Origin: Acidimicrobiales bacterium
GTDB lineage: Bacteria > Actinomycetota > Acidimicrobiia > Acidimicrobiales > Bog-793
Assembly: GCA_050015255.1 (NCBI GenBank)
Contig: JBEKBT010000001.1
Coordinates: 11,710-75,709 of the forward strand
Reading direction: 5' to 3'
DNA: 64,000 nt
Part shown: one piece after another, positions 46,557-58,518 of the stretch
Numbering within the stretch: the first letter of the stretch is position 1
Layout: every line of letters begins with the position of its first letter
The notes under the pieces: model-generated
Told to the model about the DNA's origin: nothing
The model's database searches: none
Seen by the model: only the letters and a program-made list of their open reading frames with translations
Translations under genes and position numbers: made by a program

Positions 46557-48383
46557 GTGGCCGGCTTGCGCGTAGCGCTCTGTCAGTTGGACGTCACAGT
46601 CGGCGACCTGGACGGCAACGCCGACAAGGTCATCGCCCAACTCGCCCAGGCCGAGGCGGCGGGGGCGGACCTGGCGGTGTTCCCGGAGCTCGTCCTCACC
46701 GGTTACCCCCCGGAGGACCTCCTCTTGGAGCCTGGCTTTGTCGACGGCAACCTGCTCGCGCTGGAGAAGGTCGCGACCGCGACCGGGCGTTGTGCGGCGG
46801 TGGTCGGTTTTGTCGAGGAGAACGGCGACTTGTACAACGCCGCCGCCGTGTGCGCGGCGGGCGAGACGAGGGCGATCGTCCGCAAGCAGCTGCTCCCCAA
46901 CTACGGGGTCTTCGACGAGAGGCGCTACTTCGCCCCGGGCGAGCGGCGGGAACAGCTCTTCTCCATCGCGGGCGTGCGGGTGGGGGTGACTATCTGCGAG
47001 GACGCCTGGAGCCCCGCGGGCCCCGTCGGCCGCCTGGGGGAGGGGGGCGCGGAGCTGGTCGTGACGCTGAACGCGTCGCCCTATCGTGCCGGCATCTTGG
47101 CCCAGCGGGAGCGGATGCTCGCCACGCGGGCGGCAGACGCCTCCACGGCGCTCTGCTATGTCAACCTCGTCGGCGGTCAGGACGAGCTCGTCTTCGACGG
47201 CGCCTCCATGGTCTTCGACAACGACGGCGATCTTGTCGCCTCGGCCCCGCAGTTCCGCGAGGCCCTCGTCATCTGCGACCTCGCCGTGCGCCCCGTGTTC
47301 CGCAAGCGGCTCCTGGACCCGAGGGGCCACGAGGGCATGTCGGAGCTGCCACTGCTGACGATCTCGAAGGCCCCGGTGGCCGGCTCTTCAGTGGCCGCCG
47401 ATGCCCCGTTGACCGCCGATGCCCCGTTGACCGCCGATGCCCCCGCGCCTCGTCCCGGCCTGGCTCCGCGCCTGGGCCGGGTCGGCGAGGTCTATGAAGC
47501 GCTCGTGCTCGGGACCTCGGACTACGTCCGGAAGAACCATTTCACCGATGTGCTGGTGGGCCTTTCGGGCGGGGTCGACTCCTCGCTCGTCGCCACCATC
47601 GCAGCCGACGCGCTCGGTGCCGAGCGCGTCCATGGCGTGCTGATGCCGTCGCGTTTCTCCTCCGAAGGCTCGCTGAAGGACGCCTCAGCGCTGGCCGCGA
47701 ACCTCGGGATCGGCACGTCCACCGTGCCGATCGAGGCCGCCCACCGCGTGCTTCTGGAGATGCTCGAACCGGTCGGAGACCCCTCGGCGGGTCTGGCGGG
47801 TGAGAATCTCCAGGCACGCATTCGGGGCGTCATCTTGATGGCGATCTCCAACGAGCGGGGGTGGCTCGTGCTGACCACGGGCAACAAGAGTGAGATGGCG
47901 GTCGGCTACGCGACGCTTTACGGCGACATGGCGGGCGGCTACGCCGTGTTGAAGGACGTCCCGAAGACGCTCGTGTACGAGCTCTGCGAGCACAGGAACT
48001 CCGTCGCGGGTCGCGACCTCATCCCCCGGGCGGTCATCACCAAGCCCCCCTCGGCGGAGCTGCGGCCGGACCAGCGAGACGACGAGAGCCTCCCGCCCTA
48101 CGGCGTCTTGGACCCGATCCTGGAGGGCTATGTGGAGCGCGACCTCACCGTCTCCGACCTGGTCTCGGCGGGATTCGACGCGGCCACGGTCCGAAGGGTC
48201 ATCGACCTCGTCGACCACGCCGAGTACAAACGGCGTCAAGCCCCGCCCGGGCCCCGGGTGACAAGCCGCGGCTTTGGCAAGGACCGGCGGATGCCGATCA
48301 CGAACCAGTACCGGGCCTCGGCTTCGACGGTTGGCTCAGCGCGCCCGATCGCTCGAGGACCGTCCGGGCGCGTTTGCCCGTAG
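46557..48383 (+). CDS. nadE: Glutamine-dependent NAD+ synthetase
   Basis: Nitrilase domain FPEL.LTGYPPEDL, K..LPNYGVFDE.RYF, ICED; synthetase GLSGGVDS, ENLQARIRG, TTGNKSE, PPSAEL, EYKRRQ. Confidence 0.95.
   Translation: MAGLRVALCQLDVTVGDLDGNADKVIAQLAQAEAAGADLAVFPELVLTGYPPEDLLLEPGFVDGNLLALEKVATATGRCAAVVGFVEENGDLYNAAAVCAAGETRAIVRKQLLPNYGVFDERRYFAPGERREQLFSIAGVRVGVTICEDAWSPAGPVGRLGEGGAELVVTLNASPYRAGILAQRERMLATRAADASTALCYVNLVGGQDELVFDGASMVFDNDGDLVASAPQFREALVICDLAVRPVFRKRLLDPRGHEGMSELPLLTISKAPVAGSSVAADAPLTADAPLTADAPAPRPGLAPRLGRVGEVYEALVLGTSDYVRKNHFTDVLVGLSGGVDSSLVATIAADALGAERVHGVLMPSRFSSEGSLKDASALAANLGIGTSTVPIEAAHRVLLEMLEPVGDPSAGLAGENLQARIRGVILMAISNERGWLVLTTGNKSEMAVGYATLYGDMAGGYAVLKDVPKTLVYELCEHRNSVAGRDLIPRAVITKPPSAELRPDQRDDESLPPYGVLDPILEGYVERDLTVSDLVSAGFDAATVRRVIDLVDHAEYKRRQAPPGPRVTSRGFGKDRRMPITNQYRASASTVGSARPIARGPSGRVCP
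47397..47443 (+). repeat. 18-bp tandem repeat (GCCGATGCCCCGTTGACC x2.6) in the NadE inter-domain linker
   Basis: Encodes ADAPLT-ADAPLT-ADAP. Confidence 0.85.
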
Positions 48384-48901
48384 CTTTCTTGAACCTCCTC
48401 GACACCTCCAGGCAGCTCGGAGCGCTCCGCGCCGTCGAGTTGACCTGCTTTCGTCGCTTGGGCGAGCGGGCGCCGGGTCTCGTGCCGGCGAGCTGTGCAC
48501 GCTGGGCCGCGTCGGCGAGCCTTGCCCATGCCTGGAGGGCCTCGCTGCTCGAGAGCCTGCTTCCCGTCTCGACGGGGCTCCTGGGGCTCGAGGAGCTCAC
48601 GGTTCTTCCAGAGAACCACCTTGGCGACGAGCTGGCCCGAGCCCTGCCCGCCCGCGACGACGCCTCCTACGGTGCCGGGACAGCTCCGGGATCTCGCGAC
48701 AGTCCACCAGACAACGGTCTCCAGCTCGTGGCTGATGTCGCCGGTGGGCTCTACCCTCTGCTGCTCGCCGAATATGCCCTCCGCCTGGAGCTGTGCACTC
48801 CGGCCGCAGACGGCGCAGTCGTCCGTACGATCGGCAGGGCCGTCACCGACCTCGAGGTGGTACGGGCGGAAGGGTCCGCTCTTTGCAGCCGAGCCGGCTA
48901 G
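48374..48901 (+). CDS. Hypothetical helical protein (possibly ferritin-like fold)
   Basis: ORF overlapping the nadE end; amphipathic helices (HAWRA.LL..LLP; LYP.L..EY; AADG.V.R). Confidence 0.55.
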   Translation: MPVAFLNLLDTSRQLGALRAVELTCFRRLGERAPGLVPASCARWAASASLAHAWRASLLESLLPVSTGLLGLEELTVLPENHLGDELARALPARDDASYGAGTAPGSRDSPPDNGLQLVADVAGGLYPLLLAEYALRLELCTPAADGAVVRTIGRAVTDLEVVRAEGSALCSRAG

Positions 48902-48948
48902 CCCACGGGAGCTCGCCCACGCCGGCTAGCCCACGGGCGCTCGCCCAC
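48893..48948 (+). repeat. 28-bp tandem duplication spanning the stop codon
   Basis: GCCGGCTAGCCCACGGG(A/C)GCTCGCCCAC x2. Confidence 0.8.
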
Positions 48949-49268
48949 GGAGCCTCGCTGAGAGCCGATCAGGCCAGCTCAGCGCTGTTGTCCTGGCTCC
49001 GGGACCCTGGCCTCTCTGGACGCCGCAGTGAGCACGGGAGCGCCGTTGTGACGCTGCGAGCCTTAGCACGGCCGCGTTGCCAGGGCAAGAACCCTGCACG
49101 GCCAAGCTTGACTCCACCGTTACACTTACGTTCGAGTAATGAGGCAGCGCAAGTTCGCTGACCGGCGCGATGTGGGGCAGCGAAGGTAGACGCGGACGGC
49201 TCCCCGCTACGCGTCACTTCGGAGCAGCGCGGAGCTGTACCGGCCGAACCCACGGAGGCTTTGAGACC

Positions 49269-50207
<939 letters not shown>

Positions 50208-50298
50208 GCTCGGGCGCCGCCTGAGGGCTGCGCCGCCGGCTCCAGAGCGCACCGCCTGAGGCGCGCCGAACCCAGTTTCCCCCGGCCTTTCGTGCAGA

Positions 50299-50342
50299 CG
50301 CGTGCGTGATTACCTCTCTATGCGCGTGAAATCACGCACGCG
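50299..50342. repeat. Perfect 13-bp inverted repeat with 18-nt spacer (CGCGTGCGTGATT / AATCACGCACGCG)
   Basis: Seen directly, intergenic, about 90 bp downstream of the sigma gene. Confidence 0.7.
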
Positions 50343-50501
50343 CCTGAGTCTTGACGGCACTCAGCGGCTGGCTGAACACGGGCAGTGGCGGTGCGGCTCT
50401 CCCAGCGCGGAGGACTCGACTCGACCTGGCTCGTTTGCCGCGGCCGGCCCGCAAGAAACAGGATCTTCCTCCGCCGGGCCGCCGCTGGCTACGATCGCGC
50501 C

Positions 50502-50579
50502 ATGACGAAGAAGCTCGTGATACTGATATTGCTCGTCGCTCTGGGCATCATCGCGGCGAAGCGTCTCCGCGGCGACTGA
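50502..50579 (+). CDS. 25-aa single-helix membrane peptide (MTKKLVILILLVALGIIAAKRLRGD)
   Basis: TACGAT 6 nt before ATG (leaderless signature); KK-hydrophobic-KR topology. Confidence 0.6.
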   Translation: MTKKLVILILLVALGIIAAKRLRGD

Positions 50580-50597
50580 CGACCCGGTGAGGCGCAG

Positions 50598-51842
50598 CTA
50601 GGTGCTGCGCCTGCGTGAGCCCAACCACCAGCCCGCGGCGGCAGCCCCCAGGCCGAGGGCCACCGCACCGGCCGACACCGCAATGGCGGGGCGGGGTGGC
50701 ACCGCCCCGAGGCGGTCCCGCACCCTGCTCCAAAGGCTGACCGTCTGGCTGAAATGGAGGACCTCGAAGTCGTGCTCGCGCGCGTAACGGTTCAGCACCC
50801 GGTCTGGGTTGACGGCGACTGGGTGGCCAACGGCCTCCAGCATCGGTAGGTCGGTGTAGGAATCTGTGTACGCATAGGAGGCAGCGAGGTCGATGCCACG
50901 TTCGGCTGCGAGGGCGTCCATCGCCTCGGCCTTGAAGGGCCCGAAGGCGTAGAACTGCATCGTGCCTGTGTAGCGGCCCTGGTCGTCCACACGCGCTCGG
51001 CTCGCGATGCATTCGTCCGCACCGAGAAACCTGCTCAGCGGAGTCACGATCTCTTCTGGTGACGCCGACACGATGACGACGAGGCGTCCGTGCTCATGGT
51101 GCCAGTCGATGAGGTCGGCTGCCTCCGCAAAGATGATCGGCTCGACGATGGCCTCGATCGCCTCGGCGACGATCTCGCGTACCCGGTCGCTGTGCCAGCC
51201 CTTGATCAGGCGGAGGATCGACTCGCGGATCTGGTTGAGTTTCTGCTCGCTCGCCCCGAGGTGGAGGTAGATGAGCTCGCCGTAGACCGCCCGTAGCACG
51301 GTTCGCCGATTGATCAAGCCTCCGTTGTAGAAGGGTCGACCGAAGGCAACCATCGAGGCTTTTGCGATGACCGTCTTGTCGAGGTCGAAGAACGCGGCTT
51401 CCAGTGCGCCATATGTGGCCGGGACGTGCCCGGTGGGCCGCCCGGAGCCGGCGCGCTGGTTGTTGCCCGCCAGCCCCTGGTCGACGGCACCGCTCCCGTC
51501 GGCACCCTCGTCGGCAGGCCCGGCGTCGGGCCTGTGGCGATGGCGACCGCGGTTGCGACTGCGACGCCGTTTGGGCATCGACGACTCCGGGGGGGTCTCG
51601 CCACCGATGGGCCCTTCTTGTCCAGGAGACCCCGGCACCGCACCCGGCCCCGGCTCGCCCGGCTCCTCCCCCGGCCCCGGCTCGCCCGGCTCCTCCCCCG
51701 GCCCCGGCTCGCCCGGCCCCGGCTCGCCCGGCTCCTCCAGGTCCGGCTCGGCGCCCTCCGGGTCCGGCTCGGCGCCCTCCGGCTCGGCGCCCTCCGGCCC
51801 GGGACCCTCCTCGGATTGTGGCCCGTCCGGAGCGTCCGTCAC
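50598..51842 (-). CDS. HAD-IB family hydrolase with long low-complexity N-terminal extension
   Basis: AAFFDLDKTVIAK.S, IVSAS, K, YAYTDSYTDLPML..VG.PVAVNPD; GTGA overlap with trkA stop; alternative start 51578. Confidence 0.85.
   Translation of the reverse strand: MTDAPDGPQSEEGPGPEGAEPEGAEPDPEGAEPDLEEPGEPGPGEPGPGEEPGEPGPGEEPGEPGPGAVPGSPGQEGPIGGETPPESSMPKRRRSRNRGRHRHRPDAGPADEGADGSGAVDQGLAGNNQRAGSGRPTGHVPATYGALEAAFFDLDKTVIAKASMVAFGRPFYNGGLINRRTVLRAVYGELIYLHLGASEQKLNQIRESILRLIKGWHSDRVREIVAEAIEAIVEPIIFAEAADLIDWHHEHGRLVVIVSASPEEIVTPLSRFLGADECIASRARVDDQGRYTGTMQFYAFGPFKAEAMDALAAERGIDLAASYAYTDSYTDLPMLEAVGHPVAVNPDRVLNRYAREHDFEVLHFSQTVSLWSRVRDRLGAVPPRPAIAVSAGAVALGLGAAAAGWWLGSRRRST
51643..51798 (-). repeat. 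Compound GC-rich tandem repeats (27-, 21- and 15-bp units) encoding PGEPGPGEE / GAEP(DP)E
   Basis: Seen directly in the sequence. Confidence 0.8.
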
Positions 51843-52507
51843 GAGCCCTGCATGAGAAGCGTGCGGATCTCGTCGTCTTCGCACTGCGCGCTGACGAGCA
51901 ACACGACTTCGTCCCCAACGACCAAGGGCGCGTCCGCCCGCGGCACGACCACGTGGCCGTCTCGCACGAGCGCGACGACAGCGGCACCACGAGGCAGGAC
52001 GAGCGCCCCGAACTCGCTGCCTAGAACCGGCGAGCCGGCGTCCAACGTCACCTCCATGAGGCGGGTGTGACCGCCTTCAAACTGCAGCAGGCGGACCAGC
52101 GTTCCGACCGACACAGCCTCCTCAACGAGGCCCGCGAGCAGATGAGGCGTCGACACCGCCACGTCCACGCCCCACATCTCATTGAAGAGCCAGTTGTTCT
52201 TCGGGTGGTTCACCCTTGCGATCACCCGAGGGACGGCGAACTCTTGCTTGGCGAGCTGGGAGACGACGAGGTTGTCCTCGTCGTCGCCGGTGGTGGCCAC
52301 CACGACATCCATCTCATCGAAATGGGCCGCCTGCAGGGCAGAGACTTCGCAGGCATCTGCGGTAACACAGCGGACGCCCTCTATCGGCGGCAACGTGGCC
52401 AGGCGATCGGGGTCTCGATCTATCAGCACTACTTCATGCCCATTTCGCGCCAGGTCCTCAGTGAGAAACCGGCCCACGTTGCCCGCACCCGCGATCGCCA
52501 CTTTCAC
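51839..52507 (-). CDS. trkA: TrkA-family K+ transport RCK subunit (CeoC-like)
   Basis: IAGAGNVG, DACE, TGDDEDNLVVS.LAK.EF.VPR.IARVN.PKN; TrkA-C domain. Confidence 0.9.
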   Translation of the reverse strand: MKVAIAGAGNVGRFLTEDLARNGHEVVLIDRDPDRLATLPPIEGVRCVTADACEVSALQAAHFDEMDVVVATTGDDEDNLVVSQLAKQEFAVPRVIARVNHPKNNWLFNEMWGVDVAVSTPHLLAGLVEEAVSVGTLVRLLQFEGGHTRLMEVTLDAGSPVLGSEFGALVLPRGAAVVALVRDGHVVVPRADAPLVVGDEVVLLVSAQCEDDEIRTLLMQGS

Positions 52508-53196
52508 CCGTGGTTCCCCCCGTCCCTCGATTCCGCGACAACCGATGCACCAGGGAACAACGCTTCAATCTTGCTTTCCACGTCGCGTGTGACGACGAGG
52601 TGGAGGACGTCGCCTTCCTGTCCGACGAGATCATCGACGTCTACCGTCGGCACGCCCGCCCGGGTTACGGCGACGACGCGGATCCCCTCGCCGTGGAGGG
52701 CAGCAGACGGCAAGCGGCGTCCCTCCCACTCGGTGGGCAGCGGTTGCTCGATCAGGTGCATTTGGCCCGTCGAGTCGGACCATTCGGTGATGGCGCGTTC
52801 GGGAAGAATCCGGCGGAGTACGTGGTCGATCGCCCAGGGGACCGTCGCCACCGTGGGGATTCCCAGCCGTTGGAAGATCTCGGCGCGGCGCGAATCGTAG
52901 ATCCGGGCCACCACGTTGGGGATCTCGTAGGTCTCGCGGGCGATGCGGGCACAGAGGATGTTGGAATTGTCGCCGCTGGTGACCGCGGCGAGGGCAGCCG
53001 CACGCGTCGCCCCGGCCTCCTCGAGGTGATCCCGGTCGAACCCGAAGCCGACGATCTGCTGTCCCGGCCAGTCGGCTGGCAACCGCCGGAACGAGCGGGG
53101 AAGTTTGTCGATGATGGCGACCGAGTGGCCGGCATTGGTCAACTCGGCGGCCAGTCCCGCGCCGGTCCTCCCGCACCCGACGACGATGACGTGCAT
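52504..53196 (-). CDS. trkA: TrkA-family K+ transport RCK subunit (CeoB-like)
   Basis: MHVIVVGCGRTG, GFGFDR..L, AVTSGDNSNI, VVARIYD..RAEIFQRLGIPTVATV. Confidence 0.9.
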   Translation of the reverse strand: MHVIVVGCGRTGAGLAAELTNAGHSVAIIDKLPRSFRRLPADWPGQQIVGFGFDRDHLEEAGATRAAALAAVTSGDNSNILCARIARETYEIPNVVARIYDSRRAEIFQRLGIPTVATVPWAIDHVLRRILPERAITEWSDSTGQMHLIEQPLPTEWEGRRLPSAALHGEGIRVVAVTRAGVPTVDVDDLVGQEGDVLHLVVTRDVESKIEALFPGASVVAESRDGGNHG

Positions 53197-53340
53197 GACG
53201 ACTATCGAACACCCGGGAGCGCGCCTGCACAACTCACCGGCATCCTTGGCACCGGACCGCCGCGGCGACCGCGGTGGTCGCTCGAACCGCTCGCCTATTC
53301 GGAATCATCAGCCTGGAGCGACAAAGTAGGCTCAGAAGTC

Positions 53341-55911
53341 GTGCCGGGCGGAACGATCGACGACCTTGGCCAGCCGGCGGTCGAACAAGCGCCATCTCCA
53401 TCGTCACCGCTGTCGTCACCGCTGTCGTCACCGCTGTCGTCACCGCCTCTGAGCAAGGATGACGTCGGCGAAAGATTCAGTCGTCAGGAATTGGGCGACG
53501 TCGTCGTCCTTCCCGAGTCGTTCTCCTACCGCCTGAAAAAGGCGCTGCTCGGGCCGCCGCTGGTCACCGAGCGCCTTTCCGTGGAGCGCCTCGGCAAGCC
53601 GACCGCGCTCGGCGTCCTCTCCCCGGACTGCATCTCCTCCACCGCCTATGGAACCGAGGAGATGCTCTTTGTGCTCGTCAGAGCCGTCGGCGTTGCCGCC
53701 TTCAGCCTTCTCCTGCCGATCACCCTGGCCGTGATAGTCGTGCTTCTCTTCGTGACCCTCTCCTACCGAGAGGTCGTCATGGTCTACACACGAGCCGGCG
53801 GTTCCTACGTCGTGGCCAGGGAGAACTTCGGAGTGAAGGTGGCACAGATTGCCGCCGTCGCCTTGATCATCGACTACGTCGTGACCGTCGCCGTGCAGGT
53901 CGCAGCGGGGACCGACGCCTTGACCTCTGCTTTTCCGATCCTCGCGCACGGTGAGCTTCCCACTGCGATCTCGGTAGCCGTCGTGGCGCTCATGTGCTAC
54001 GGCAACCTGCGCGGAATTCGCGAGGCCGGCCGCATGTTCGCCCTTCCGACGTACCTTTTCATCACCGCGACCGGGCTCGTGATCATCATCGGACTCATCC
54101 GGGCCGCGCTCGGGCAGCTGCACGCCCATTCGATCCACCACCCGGGGGTCGTGCCGATCGGCACGCCCGGCAGCGGGCTCTTGTACGGGGCAGGGATCAT
54201 CATCGTGCTGCGTGCCTTTGCCAACGGCGGGTCGTCGCTGACGGGCCTCGAGGCGATCTCGAACGGCGTCTCGACGTTCCGCCAGCCGGAGGGTCCCAAT
54301 GCCCGCCGGGTGCTCGTCATCATGTCGATAATCCTCGGCTCACTCGTGTCGGGGGTGTCGATCCTCGCCCACATCACTCACGCCGTTCCCTACGTGCACG
54401 GCAGTCCGACGGTGCTCTCCCAGGAGGCGAAGTACGTCTTCGGCACAGCCTGGTTCGGGAAGTTCGGCTTCTTCTTCGTACAAGCCGCCACGATGCTGAT
54501 CCTCTGGACGGGCGGCAACACGAGCTTCAACGGGTTCCCGAACCTCGCCAGCTTCGTGGCGGAGGACTCCTTCCTCCCGCGCCGACTCACCCGCCGCGGG
54601 CACCGGCTCGTTTTCTCGAACGGGATCATCATCCTCGCCATCGCTGCCGAGGCACTTCTCATCGTCACTCACGCGCAGGTGGACATCCTGGTCGGCGTAT
54701 ACGCCGTCGGCGTCTTCACCGGCTTCAGCTTCGCGGGCTTCGGCATGTCCAAGCACCACCTCCGCCTGCGGGAGAAGGGATGGAAGCACAAGCTCGCCAT
54801 CAACGGATTTGCCGGGATCCTGTCCCTCAGCGTCGTGCTCATCTTCGTTATCGTGAAGTTCCGCGAAGGCGTCTGGATCGTCGTCCTGCTCTTCATCATC
54901 CTCGTGCCCACCCTGATCCGTCTCCACAAGGAGTACGAGGAGGAGCGCAAGGAGCTGGAGGAGAACGTCAGCAACGCCGCCGTGGCCCCGATCCTTCGCC
55001 GTCACGTCGTTCTCGTATTCGTCGACCGGCTGGATCTCGCCGATGCCCGAGCCCTGCAGTACGCCCGCATGCTTGACCCGGACGAGCTTCGGGCGGTGCA
55101 TTTCGTGTTGGACAGTGCCCGCGCGGCCGAGCTCGAGGCTCAATGGGCCGAGCTCGGTCTCTCACGCTTTCCTCTTGACCTTGTCGAATGCCCCGACCGT
55201 CGGTTGATCAGGGCCTCGATGGAGCTGGTAGCCGAGGTGGCGGCCGATGGCCAGACGGAGGTCAGCGTGCTCCTGCCGCACCGCGTGGTGCCGGGGGCAT
55301 GGCAACGGTTGCTGCACGACCGCACGTCGGACCGCATCGCCGCGTTCGTCGGCGAGTTGCCGAACGTGAACGCGACGATCGTGCCCTTCCAGCTCGGGAA
55401 GCGGCGGAGGGAATTGGTTCCCTGGAAGGCGGGGGGAGAGCGGGGGACAGGAGCGCTGCACGACGCCGAGTTCGGCACGATCGGGCCGAGCCGGGCGGCG
55501 CGCGAGGCGGGTGCCAGGACGGCGGCGGAGCGCGTCGCCGGCTTCCAGACCGCCTCCCCGTCAGGTCTTGCCGCCGGCGCCGTTCCCATCAGTGACCTGC
55601 GACCGCGTCAGCGTGCCCGGGTCGCGGGGCGGATACGGACGGTGCGCGTCCAGCCACGAGCCGGTGTCTCGTCGCTCGAATGCACGATCGCTGACGGGAC
55701 CGGACAGGTGATGGCGGTGTTCCAAGGCCGCCGGCGCGTAGCCGGCATCGAGCCCGGAGCCCGCGTCGTGGTCGAAGGCATGGTCGCCGCCCGTGGCCGT
55801 GGCGTCGGGATGGTGAACCCCCTCTACTGGGTGATCTCAACCCCCGATCACGCTGAGGCGCCTGCGACGGGGGGCCACGACGCTGTCCCAGGCGGTCCCG
55901 GTCGCGCCTGA
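53341..55911 (+). CDS. APC-family (KimA/YdaO-like) K+ transporter with fused C-terminal OB-fold domain
   Basis: D.ISS.AYGTEE, SYR....Y..GGSY.V..ENFG, DYV.TVAV, NLRGIRE, LTGLEAISNGV..F, RLVFSNGI, YAVGVF, LLHD; C-term RV.GRIRTVRVQP..LECTIADGTG...VFQGRRRVAGIEPG..MVNP.Y. Confidence 0.88.
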   Translation: MPGGTIDDLGQPAVEQAPSPSSPLSSPLSSPLSSPPLSKDDVGERFSRQELGDVVVLPESFSYRLKKALLGPPLVTERLSVERLGKPTALGVLSPDCISSTAYGTEEMLFVLVRAVGVAAFSLLLPITLAVIVVLLFVTLSYREVVMVYTRAGGSYVVARENFGVKVAQIAAVALIIDYVVTVAVQVAAGTDALTSAFPILAHGELPTAISVAVVALMCYGNLRGIREAGRMFALPTYLFITATGLVIIIGLIRAALGQLHAHSIHHPGVVPIGTPGSGLLYGAGIIIVLRAFANGGSSLTGLEAISNGVSTFRQPEGPNARRVLVIMSIILGSLVSGVSILAHITHAVPYVHGSPTVLSQEAKYVFGTAWFGKFGFFFVQAATMLILWTGGNTSFNGFPNLASFVAEDSFLPRRLTRRGHRLVFSNGIIILAIAAEALLIVTHAQVDILVGVYAVGVFTGFSFAGFGMSKHHLRLREKGWKHKLAINGFAGILSLSVVLIFVIVKFREGVWIVVLLFIILVPTLIRLHKEYEEERKELEENVSNAAVAPILRRHVVLVFVDRLDLADARALQYARMLDPDELRAVHFVLDSARAAELEAQWAELGLSRFPLDLVECPDRRLIRASMELVAEVAADGQTEVSVLLPHRVVPGAWQRLLHDRTSDRIAAFVGELPNVNATIVPFQLGKRRRELVPWKAGGERGTGALHDAEFGTIGPSRAAREAGARTAAERVAGFQTASPSGLAAGAVPISDLRPRQRARVAGRIRTVRVQPRAGVSSLECTIADGTGQVMAVFQGRRRVAGIEPGARVVVEGMVAARGRGVGMVNPLYWVISTPDHAEAPATGGHDAVPGGPGRA
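53401..53446 (+). repeat. 12-bp tandem repeat (TCGTCACCGCTG x~3.8) encoding SSPL
   Basis: Seen directly in the sequence. Confidence 0.85.
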
Positions 55912-56082
55912 CCGTCGGTCCACGAAGGGCTGCCGCCCGCCTCCTGGCTCCGAAGGCCGCCGGCTCGGGCCGCTCACGCACAGCAACGGACAACGGTCGC
56001 CGACTGCCCAGTCAATTGCGCAGTTTGAATCTACGGGCCGCCTACCGTATTGTCCGAGCCGACCCGACCAAAGGAGCAAGTA

Positions 56083-58464
<2,382 letters not shown>

Positions 58465-58518
58465 CTTCTCGCGGACCGGCGCCCTCGGGGCCAGCCGCCC
58501 TGACCGGGACTAGCGCAC

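Noticed and set aside
49108-49140. TTGACT as the -35 of the sigma gene promoter
   Set aside because: No TAnnnT at 16-18 nt spacing; a promoter is likely in this AT-rich patch but cannot be placed
51643-51798. Possible CRISPR or repeat-spacer array (also checked 23359, 48893, 53401 and 61195)
   Set aside because: Units are contiguous with no unique spacers, mostly codon-phased, and no cas genes are present
53197-53340. c-di-AMP (ydaO) riboswitch upstream of the KimA-like gene
   Set aside because: The 144-bp divergent intergenic region shows no recognisable conserved motifs and the gene appears leaderless
52510-53340. 1133-aa ORF implying a 277-aa N-terminal extension of the permease
   Set aside because: The extension is the antisense shadow of trkA; the real start is near 53341
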